A DNA stretch of 55,499 bases, taken from the NCBI GenBank assembly GCA_913009415.1, contig CAJVYM010000002.1, forward strand, positions 1 through 55,499, in the 5' to 3' direction. The number at the start of each line of letters is the position of its first letter. The stretch's first letter is position 1. Made by a program: the position numbers and the translations under genes. Of the stretch, positions 38,978-46,087 are shown one piece after another. The notes below the pieces were generated by a model. The model did not search any database, was not told the origin of the DNA, and saw nothing but the letters and a program-made list of their open reading frames with translations. The DNA is from an uncultured bacterium (lineage in GTDB: Bacteria > Bipolaricaulota > Bipolaricaulia > UBA7950 > UBA9294).

Positions 38978-40305
38978 TTCACCCCCAGCTTTCGCAGCTC
39001 AAGCTTCCCGACCTTGATGTAGGCGACGAGCGGGATGTTCGCCGGGCAGCCGTAGGCGCACGACCCGCATTCCACGCAGTTGTTGATGTGATAGTTTATT
39101 AGGTGATCGTAGTCCTCATGCTTCACCAGGTTGACGAACTGCAGCGGCAGCAGTCCCATCGGGCAGGTCTCGACACAGCGCCCGCAGCGGATGCAATCGT
39201 GTTCTTCGCGGAGATCGCTCTTCTTCACGAGGATGCAGTTCGTTCCCTTGATTATCGCTGTCTCAAACGATGGCTGCGCAATTCCCATCATCGGCCCGCC
39301 GAAGATCAGCTCATCGGCGTTCGAATCGCTACCGCCGCATAGGTCGATCAGGGCGGAGGCAGGCGTGCCGAAGCGTGCTAGGAAGTTCTTCGGCGTCTTC
39401 ACCAGACCGGTGACGGAGATCACCCGCTCTACGAGCGGCTTTCCCAGGACGATCGCGTCGTGGATTGCGGCCAGGGTGGCGACGTTGTGCACGAGCGCCC
39501 CCACGTCCATCGGTAGACCACCCTCTGGTACCTGTTTGCCGAGGATGGTATTGATCAGCGTCTTCTCCGCCCCCATCGGGTAGCGGCGCGGGACGACGTG
39601 CACGTTTACATCCCCTGGAAACTTCATCTGTGACACCTGTTCGCGCATCTTGGCGATCGCCTGTGGCTTGTTGTCCTCGATGGCGACGAACGCCCGCTTC
39701 ACCGAGAGGGCCTTCATCACGATCGCAAGACCGCTCAAGACACGCTCCGGATGCTCGATCATCAACCGATTATCGGCGGTGATGTACGGCTCGCACTCCG
39801 CCCCGTTGACGATCACCGTGTTGATCGTCTTCTCCGGTGGGGGGGAGAGCTTCACGTGCGAGGGGAATGTCGCACCGCCCATCCCCACGATTCCTGCACC
39901 CTTTATGCGTGAGACGATCTCTGATGGTGAAAGCTTATCCGGATCGGCGGGGGACAGTTCGATCCATTCGTCCTGCCCATCCGACTCGATGACGACCCCC
40001 GGTACCGCCTTTCCCGTCACCGAACTGGCCACTGTAGGTAGTTGCTTCACCTTTCCCGAGATGGTGGCGTGGATCGGGGCGGAGACGAACCCGCCCGCCT
40101 CGGCGATCACTTGGCCCACCTTCACTTCATCCCCCGTCTTGACGAGGACCTTCGCTGGAGCGCCGATGTGCTGCTGCAGCGGGAGGGTGACCGTCTCTGG
40201 CAAGGGAGCGCGTTCAATCGCCGTTTGCGCTCCCAACTTGGAAGACGGAGGATGTACTCCCGCGGGTCGTTTCAGGCCCAACACCTCTAGTACATGTGTG
40301 TTCAT
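38974..40305 (-). CDS. rnfC: Rnf complex subunit C
   Basis: 443 aa with GIVGMGGATFPSHVKL, CIRCGRCVETCP and CVECGSCAYGCP. Confidence 0.9.
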   Translation of the reverse strand: MNTHVLEVLGLKRPAGVHPPSSKLGAQTAIERAPLPETVTLPLQQHIGAPAKVLVKTGDEVKVGQVIAEAGGFVSAPIHATISGKVKQLPTVASSVTGKAVPGVVIESDGQDEWIELSPADPDKLSPSEIVSRIKGAGIVGMGGATFPSHVKLSPPPEKTINTVIVNGAECEPYITADNRLMIEHPERVLSGLAIVMKALSVKRAFVAIEDNKPQAIAKMREQVSQMKFPGDVNVHVVPRRYPMGAEKTLINTILGKQVPEGGLPMDVGALVHNVATLAAIHDAIVLGKPLVERVISVTGLVKTPKNFLARFGTPASALIDLCGGSDSNADELIFGGPMMGIAQPSFETAIIKGTNCILVKKSDLREEHDCIRCGRCVETCPMGLLPLQFVNLVKHEDYDHLINYHINNCVECGSCAYGCPANIPLVAYIKVGKLELRKLGVK

Positions 40306-41378
40306 TGCCCACCCTTCTCCTGATCGATATATCTGTCTACTCCTGCTGATTTGAATATCTTCTGTGGATCGTCGTAACCGATGATCAGCGCCTCCACTCC
40401 TGGGATCGTGTTCACGAGGTTGATTCCATCCACCGGTCCGAGAACGAACACCGCCGTGGCGAGGGCATCGGCCTGCACACAGGTAGGAGCGATCACGCTC
40501 GAACTCGATGAGGCATGCGACGAGTAGCCGGTACGCGGGTCCATGATATGGCCCACCTTGGCTGTGGGGTCGAAGAAACGTTCGTACTGGCCTGAGGTGG
40601 CGATTGCTCCATCGCTGATGGCGAAGGTGACGACAGAGGAGTTCTTATCCTTGGGATTGCGCAGCGCGAGCTCCCACTTCGCTCCGTTCGGCTTACCACC
40701 GAACGTGCCGATGTCACCGCCGGCGTTGATCAGAGCGTGTTGGATCCCCTGTTGGCGCAGAGTCTCCAGCCCCTTATCGACCGCGTAGCCCTTGGCGATC
40801 CCCCCGAGGGTGATCTTCATCCCCGGCTGCAGGACGATCGCTCTATGAGGAGAGGTGATCATCTCGATGCGATCGGCGCCGAGGAGGGTCATTGCCTGCG
40901 AGATAGCCTGCTGCTGCGTGGTGGGATCTAGTTCCCAGAACTGCTTTTCGGCTCCCTTTTTGTAGCGCCACAGGTCGAGAAGCGGCTCCACCGTGATGTC
41001 GAACACCCCGCCGGTGAGCTTGTAGTCGGCGATCGACTCACTGATGATCTGCCACAGATCGTTCGACGGGTTATCCAATCGCCCTTGCTCATTCAAGCGA
41101 TACGCCCCCGCCTTCGGCTCAAAGATCGACGCCTCATGATCGACCTGGGCGATGCGCGAGAATGCAGCGTTGATCGCCGTCTCGGCCTTCTTGGGATTCC
41201 GATCGTAGACGCTGATCGTCACCCAAGTATCCATCATCTCGCGACGAACCTGAAACTCGCTCATCGGTGGAGGGAAGAACGCCTTCTGTAGAGCGAACAC
41301 CGCTCCTAGAGCCACTAGAAGCAGTAGAGGAACGAGAAACCGCGCTCGGCGCGATCCAACTTGTGTTTGTGGTGACAC
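40302..41378 (-). CDS. apbE: ApbE-family FAD:protein FMN transferase
   Basis: ApbE core (MDTWVTISVY..., GGIAKGYAVD, INAGGDI) preceded by a TM/signal segment. The start is uncertain; GTG 41378 after GGAGGG was chosen, while the ORF-track start is 41486. ATGA overlap with rnfC. Confidence 0.8.
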   Translation of the reverse strand: MSPQTQVGSRRARFLVPLLLLVALGAVFALQKAFFPPPMSEFQVRREMMDTWVTISVYDRNPKKAETAINAAFSRIAQVDHEASIFEPKAGAYRLNEQGRLDNPSNDLWQIISESIADYKLTGGVFDITVEPLLDLWRYKKGAEKQFWELDPTTQQQAISQAMTLLGADRIEMITSPHRAIVLQPGMKITLGGIAKGYAVDKGLETLRQQGIQHALINAGGDIGTFGGKPNGAKWELALRNPKDKNSSVVTFAISDGAIATSGQYERFFDPTAKVGHIMDPRTGYSSHASSSSSVIAPTCVQADALATAVFVLGPVDGINLVNTIPGVEALIIGYDDPQKIFKSAGVDRYIDQEKGGQ

Positions 41379-41588
41379 ACACCCTCCCCGGAGCACAGAA
41401 GTCAATACCAGCACCGCATTGTAGCAAGCATAGCGAGTATTGGCAACTCTGGCGGTTGTATGGAGTTTGCGATTCATTCCTAGCAAAGCCAGGCAAAACG
41501 TGTGTCTCCAAGACTAAGCCTTGGCGTCAGCGTGCTTTCGCCGGGAGAGGCAAGCGCTTAGAATAGGGATGAAAAAGGAGCTGAACTC

Positions 41589-42515
41589 ATGGATAAGCTA
41601 CAGATACGTGTACCTTTAGATGTTCCGCCCGCGCTGCGGGGAAGCTATCGCGATAACTACAGCCGGATCACTCACGGTGTCGGGCGGCTGATGCTGATGG
41701 CTGGGGATCAGAAGGTCGAGCACCTAAATGGGGATTTTTTCGGTCCCAACATCGCACCCGAGGATGCTGACCCAGAACACTTGTTTCGCATCGCCAGCCA
41801 AGCTCGTATCGGTGCTTTTGCCACTCAGCTCGGGCTCATCACCCGCTATGGCATGGACTATCCCCAGGTTCCCTATCTGGTGAAGCTGAACAGCAAGACC
41901 AACCTGGTGGGAACCGAGCAGCAAGACCCGGTGAGCAGGCAGTGGCAGACGATGGAACAATTGGCTCGTTTTCGTGCTGTGTCCGGCCTGCAGATTCTCG
42001 GAGTGGGATATACGATCTACCCCGGAAGTTCTCGTGAGGCCGAGATGTTGACCGAGGCCGCCAGGATGATCTTCGAGGCGCATCAACAAGGTCTGGTCAC
42101 GGTGATTTGGGCTTACCCGCGCGGACGGGCGGTGGCCGAGGAGAGGGACGCTCACCTGATAGCCGGAGTGGCGGGATTAGTAGCCTGCCTCGGAGCGGAT
42201 TTTGTAAAGTTGAACCCGCCCAAGGTCGAAACCGGTAGCCCTGCCGAGGCGTTGAAAGAGGCGGTCCTCGCCGCTGGACGTACTGGTCTGATCTGCGCCG
42301 GTGGGAAAGAGACGAACGCCGAGGAGTTTCTCACCCGTCTGCGTCAGCAGATTCACATTAGCGGTGCAGCGGGGAATGCCACCGGGCGCAACATCCACCA
42401 GCGGCCGTTAGAAGAGGCGGTGCAGTTCTGTAACGCCATCTCGGCCATTACTCTGGATGATGCCAGCGTAAGCGAAGCAATGAAAATATACCGGGGAAGT
42501 GCCTCAATGGATTAA
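41589..42515 (+). CDS. class I aldolase of the DhnA/FbaB (DeoC/LacD) family
   Basis: 308 aa with MLMAGDQKVEH and GADFVKLN (candidate Schiff-base Lys). Overall layout matches archaeal-type class I FBP aldolases. Confidence 0.7.
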   Translation: MDKLQIRVPLDVPPALRGSYRDNYSRITHGVGRLMLMAGDQKVEHLNGDFFGPNIAPEDADPEHLFRIASQARIGAFATQLGLITRYGMDYPQVPYLVKLNSKTNLVGTEQQDPVSRQWQTMEQLARFRAVSGLQILGVGYTIYPGSSREAEMLTEAARMIFEAHQQGLVTVIWAYPRGRAVAEERDAHLIAGVAGLVACLGADFVKLNPPKVETGSPAEALKEAVLAAGRTGLICAGGKETNAEEFLTRLRQQIHISGAAGNATGRNIHQRPLEEAVQFCNAISAITLDDASVSEAMKIYRGSASMD

Positions 42516-42519
42516 GAAA

Positions 42520-42830
42520 AGCGGAAGAAGCAAGCGTGAAGAAAAGCCGTATCTCGCGCAAATGCGCAAAGTGCGCCAAGGGGAGCAACAAGAGGCAAAA
42601 GATAACAAGAAAAAAGCAGTTCTTGGCGATCTTTGCGCCTTGAGCGAGCGATCGCGAGCGGGCGAGAGAAAAAACATTTATCTCGCGCAAAGGCGCCCAG
42701 TACGCCAAGGAAAGATCAGCGGCAATGCGTAATGAGACAGAACTCCCTAGGTTGGTACTGTAAGCTGGCCGCTGAAAGCTGGTCTGTCTTGGCCGTGTTA
42801 AGCGAGAAGCGAGCGAGAGGAAACCATTCT
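42520..42830. repeat. cluster of degenerate ~28-32-nt repeats in direct and inverted orientation
   Basis: TATCTCGCGCAAATGCGCAAAGTGCGCCAAGG (42550-42581) and TATCTCGCGCAAAGGCGCCCAGTACGCCAAGG (42679-42710) are direct copies. CTTGGCGATCTTTGCGCCTTGAGCGAG (42622-42648) is an inverted copy. CTTGGCCGTGTTAAGCGAG (42788-42806) is a partial inverted copy. Confidence 0.6.
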
Positions 42831-42832
42831 AC

Positions 42833-43243
42833 TTATATCGATTTGAAGATCCGCGCCAGCGGGTGGCCAGGGGCATCCACATGGAGATCGAGGAAGAATC
42901 CAAACGGCGTCTGCATCGCTTCGTAGTCTGATTTGACCAGCCTCTCTTGTGCACTGTTAAGTAGCTTCTTGGTGAACTCAGGCGATCCCTTCTCTTCGGC
43001 GAGGTGGGCAAACGAGTGCAAGACAATCCTCTTCGTGTCGTTCTTGCGCGCTGCCCATTTAAGAAGCTTGATCAGGTGCGTCTCCACAGCACTACCTCTC
43101 TCCTCATCCTGCGGTTCGACGTGGATGAATCCGACCAGTGCATTCTCGATAGTTCGCTCTTCGTCGCGGTCGTCCTCGGATTCAAGCGTCTTTAGTGTGG
43201 TCTTGTAGGAAAAACGGTCGGCGTAGATGATCAGCAGCTTCAT
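42833..43243 (-). CDS. stand-alone homologue of the archaeal ThrRS N-terminal editing domain (tRNA-Thr_ED / DTD2-like fold)
   Basis: 136 aa from ATG 43243. MKLLIIYADRFSYKT...VGFIHVEPQDE...IVLHSFAHLAEEKGSPEF...TPFGFFLDLHVDAPGHPLARIFKSI aligns by eye along its whole length with the Pyrococcus ThrRS editing domain (MRMLLIHSDYLEFEAKE...CFIAVERED...IVVYPYAHLSS...[25 protein letters not shown]). Confidence 0.7.
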   Translation of the reverse strand: MKLLIIYADRFSYKTTLKTLESEDDRDEERTIENALVGFIHVEPQDEERGSAVETHLIKLLKWAARKNDTKRIVLHSFAHLAEEKGSPEFTKKLLNSAQERLVKSDYEAMQTPFGFFLDLHVDAPGHPLARIFKSI

Positions 43244-43380
43244 TCCTTCAAATACCCCCTCAGTAGACAATTCATCTGTGCTCGGCGTGCACCGCTCTAC
43301 GTTTCTCCACTATACAACCATTGCCTACCAGAGAAGGATACTCCGTGCAAGGCGTAGAATCCAAGGATGCTCCGCCACCA

Positions 43381-43410
43381 ATAAAAACGGGGAAGCACGC
43401 AGGCTTCCCC
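43381..43410 (-). terminator. intrinsic terminator (minus strand)
   Basis: The minus strand reads GGGGAAGC-CTGCGT-GCTTCCCC followed by GTTTTTAT. The stem is 8 bp (43389-43396 / 43403-43410). Confidence 0.55.
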
Positions 43411-43412
43411 GA

Positions 43413-43575
43413 AGGCTCTATTCATGTTAGCTGTTGATGGTGTACGATTACCAATAGATAATGGGCATCGCTGGCCAAATCAAAATCCCACCGCGGCTAT
43501 CCCTCAAGCATGGTTCCTAACTGCGGTAGGATGTTCTTGATCCATAAGTACCAACATCTAACATGAATAGAGCCT
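43413..43575. repeat. 18-bp perfect inverted repeat pair bounding a 163-bp MITE-like segment
   Basis: AGGCTCTATTCATGTTAG (43413-43430) and its exact reverse complement CTAACATGAATAGAGCCT (43558-43575), separated by 127 bp. Confidence 0.45.
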
Positions 43576-43639
43576 CGCCGAAACAAGATCCTAACAACGT
43601 AGAGGAACGTCACTGCTCAGGGAACGCTTCAAGAAGCAA

Positions 43640-44201
43640 GGTGCGCCATGCTCTTTCTCCTTACCTTGGAGATGCGATTCTCGTTTCAGTACTTCGACTT
43701 TCTCCGTCAACCTGCAGAACGAGCCTTGTCATAAGCGGTGCAGATGAGCAACGGAGATCTCACTGAGTCACTCGAACTCATCCTTGCCAAACAGGTTGTA
43801 CTCTCGCTTGAAGATAGCCACAGTCACCTTGCCGGACAACCGCTCATTATTGTTGTCCAGTTCAGCCAACAGGAGCTGATCCTCTCTGGCGTACTCAGTG
43901 GGGAAAGAATGGCGTTGGCAGGGTCGAATACGTACATGACCGCTACGGCGGAACTGGGTGATGAGTTGGGCCAGCTGTGAAAAGAGATTTCAGTCATCTT
44001 GTGCATGTACAGCCTAAGCACCCCTTTCTCCGAGCGAGGACGGGAACGATGGTTGTAGGAACGGAATGCACGCTCGATCCAAGCTCTTGTCTCTTCTTGT
44101 GAACTTCCCTTGAACCTCAGTACACCGCTTGAAGCGAGAAGTGCCTTCAGTTAGTAGATATCTCTTGCGCGGCTGTCCATCATCAAAGTAATGCCTTCCA
44201 T
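43640..44201 (-). pseudogene. decayed, truncated DDE integrase/transposase gene (N-terminal region only)
   Basis: Manual translation: MEGITLMMDSRARDIY(TAA)LKALLASSGVLRFKGSSQEETRAWIERAFRSYNHRSRPRSEKGVLRLYMHKMTEIS, frameshift, SQLAQLITQFRRSGHVRIRPCQRHSFPTEYAREDQLLLAELDNNNERLSGKVTVAIFKREYNLFGKDEFE(TGA)LSEISVAHLHRL(TGA). The pattern EKG..l.Y..k.tG.S.aQl.RLI...r.tG......F...Y...D..LLAe.D.....LSG......eRey..FG...feRLa.ISVsHLYNLR is one I recall from a family of integrase-core transposases. No DDE catalytic part follows. Confidence 0.55.
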
Positions 44202-44403
44202 CTGCCCGTATGGCGCACGCAGATAGGTGATGTGACCCACGCGCTTGCGATGCTAGTGTTATCTCATGCTCATCTTGTGTGAGACAACTCTGAAGGTGGT
44301 TTCCGGGGCGCTGTAGTAGTAAAATCTCGAACTCATGAATCGTTGAGATTGTGGCAAGATCACCAGACGAATCCCTCCGACAAAGTCTTCGTGGAAAAGG
44401 GGT

Positions 44404-45039
44404 GTGAGCATGGCCAAGTTGTCAGATCTCGGGAGGAGCAAGAGGCTCCGTAACCGGGAGCATCGACGCATCCGCAACGCGTTCACACTTCTGGTGATTG
44501 TCTCCTTGGTGGCTTTGGTAGGCTTCGTCCTACTCACGAGAAGGTCGGTTCTCGCAAATCTGGGTCCCTGGAAGCCCATGGTTCCGTTTGCGTTTGGCCT
44601 TTTCTTCGCTGTGCTTTCCTACAAGGGAGCGGATACAGCGATGTTCGGCGCCTATGTCATGGCGTTCTTCGTTTCAAGCATCGCGCCGCGCAAAGCGTCC
44701 GGGAGAGAAGAGCCGCGCAAGAAAGCCTGGGGACTGCAGCCGTATCTCCGACAGCCCCGGATGACTGTGTTGGCGACCTCGGCAGTGGCATTGGTGTACG
44801 GTGTTGCATCTCTCCTCGCCTATCTTGCGTTTCTCATCCTTGGTTCATACGAGTTGTCTAGGATCTTTGATTGGCAAATCACAGCCTCGATCGTCGGCTT
44901 GTCGCTCGGAGTTTTGACCCTCATTGCTGCGATTCCTGCCGCGCTCGGAAGCATTTCCGCGATGAGAACGTACTTCGCTTCGCGCTCGATATTGTCTGAT
45001 CAGAAGATCGATCCTGACGACTCGGTATCCATCCGTTAG
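44404..45039 (+). CDS. hypothetical integral membrane protein
   Basis: 211 aa with a basic N-terminus and 4-5 predicted TM helices. No family recognised. Confidence 0.55.
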   Translation: MSMAKLSDLGRSKRLRNREHRRIRNAFTLLVIVSLVALVGFVLLTRRSVLANLGPWKPMVPFAFGLFFAVLSYKGADTAMFGAYVMAFFVSSIAPRKASGREEPRKKAWGLQPYLRQPRMTVLATSAVALVYGVASLLAYLAFLILGSYELSRIFDWQITASIVGLSLGVLTLIAAIPAALGSISAMRTYFASRSILSDQKIDPDDSVSIR

Positions 45040-45179
45040 CTCACTGCGTTCAGAAGCTCCAATTGGTCCAGGAGCCGCGTTGAAGAACCCACGGCCAACT
45101 CACAACGGACTTCGTTTCTTGACAGTGACGGTAGTCAGCAGTTGACCCATTACCGGTTTCGGACTATCCTTACAGATTC

Positions 45180-45668
45180 ATGTCCGCAACAAGGGGAAGC
45201 AAGAACGATCCGGGCGAGAGTCCAAGGGTGATATCCACCGCTGCCTCGAGAAGGCCGGTGTACCCGATTAGTGTAGCCGCCGAACTGGCGGGCGTTCATC
45301 CACGCACGCTCTATATGTACGAGAAGCAGCAGCTTCTCATTCCTGCCCGACGAGGAACGTGGCGCTTCTACTCCGAGGATGACCTCGCCTGGATACGCGT
45401 GATCCGCTACCTGTTGCATGACAGTGGAATTAACATTGCCGGCTTGCAGCGCTTGCTTGCTCTCATCCCTTGCACGGAGATTTGCAGGTATGGTGCTGAT
45501 GAATGTTGTGAATGTTGTACGATGAGGACCAAGAGCATGCCGTGTTGGGCCGTTTCAGCGACACGGGGTGACCGCAAGTGCTATGAGTGCGAGGTGTACC
45601 AGACCGCTCGGTCTTGGGTTTGCTCTCCCGAGGAACTTGAACAAGCCGAGCTGGGCGACCTCACGTAG
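45180..45668 (+). CDS. MerR/HspR-like transcriptional regulator with a Cys-rich C-terminal extension
   Basis: 162 aa. The MerR HTH is YPISVAAELAGVHPRTLYMYEKQQLLIPARRGTWRFYSEDDLAWIRVIRYLLHDSGINIAGLQRLL. The C-terminus has 10 Cys in ~55 aa: IPCTEICRYGADECCECCTMRTKSMPCWAVSATRGDRKCYECEVYQTARSWVC. Confidence 0.8.
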   Translation: MSATRGSKNDPGESPRVISTAASRRPVYPISVAAELAGVHPRTLYMYEKQQLLIPARRGTWRFYSEDDLAWIRVIRYLLHDSGINIAGLQRLLALIPCTEICRYGADECCECCTMRTKSMPCWAVSATRGDRKCYECEVYQTARSWVCSPEELEQAELGDLT

Positions 45669-45968
45669 CACGGAACCATCAACGAGAATTCGTGCGCAAT
45701 TCGCAGTTCCACCCCATCTTCAGCAACTTACGTGATTTGATATTGCACGGATAGGCGATAAAGTATGTATTATTCCTCATTCTACCTATCTGCTAACTAA
45801 TCGTCCTGACTGATTGCTTGTCTTGAGGTCCCACGACGAGACCGAGGGACTTGTGCCTAGTGTCTCTCAGTTCAGGTGTCCTAGATCCGCGGCATTACGC
45901 TCAGATCCGAACCAGGACACTGGATACGGACTGAGATAGTTTTCTAACAACAGGGGGCATGAAGAATC

Positions 45969-45997
45969 TTGACAATAGCCAAACTCAAGGTTAGAAT
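45969..45997 (+). promoter_or_regulatory. near-consensus sigma70 promoter upstream of the hdr cluster
   Basis: TTGACA (45969-74), 17-nt spacer, TAGAAT (45992-97), ~90 nt upstream of ATG 46088. The spacer carries CTTGA-N12-TCAAG (45968-72 / 45985-89). Confidence 0.6.
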
Positions 45998-46004
45998 CGG
46001 GGAT

Positions 46005-46022
46005 GACACTTCGACCAGTGTC
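46005..46022. promoter_or_regulatory. perfect palindrome GACACT-N6-AGTGTC at the predicted transcription start (candidate operator)
   Basis: The arms lie at 46005-46010 and 46017-46022. The same hexamer pair recurs upstream as AGTGTC (45859-64) and GACACT (45916-21). Confidence 0.35.
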
Positions 46023-46087
46023 TTTGATGTTGCAGACAAGTAAAGAAACCTCTTGTCTTATACTAGTCCACAAAGGTAAGGCGGAAC

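Noticed and set aside
42550-42710. Possible mini-CRISPR, since two ~32-nt direct repeats are separated by ~97 nt
   Set aside because: There are only two imperfect direct copies, inverted copies lie between and after them, the spacing is irregular and there are no cas genes. A REP/MITE-like repeat is the better explanation.
42448-42732. ORFs 42499-42732 (+, 77 aa) and 42448-42708 (-, 86 aa)
   Set aside because: Both are translations of the repeat nest (YLAQMRKVRQG / LAHFAHLREI strings) and overlap each other, so they are not credible genes.
43244-43600. T-box leader upstream of the ThrRS-editing-domain-like gene, prompted by the strong terminator at 43381-43410
   Set aside because: There is no T-box sequence (AANNNGGGUGGUACCGCG-like) 5' of the terminator on the minus strand. 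The terminator also lies ~140 nt from the start codon, which is farther than usual.
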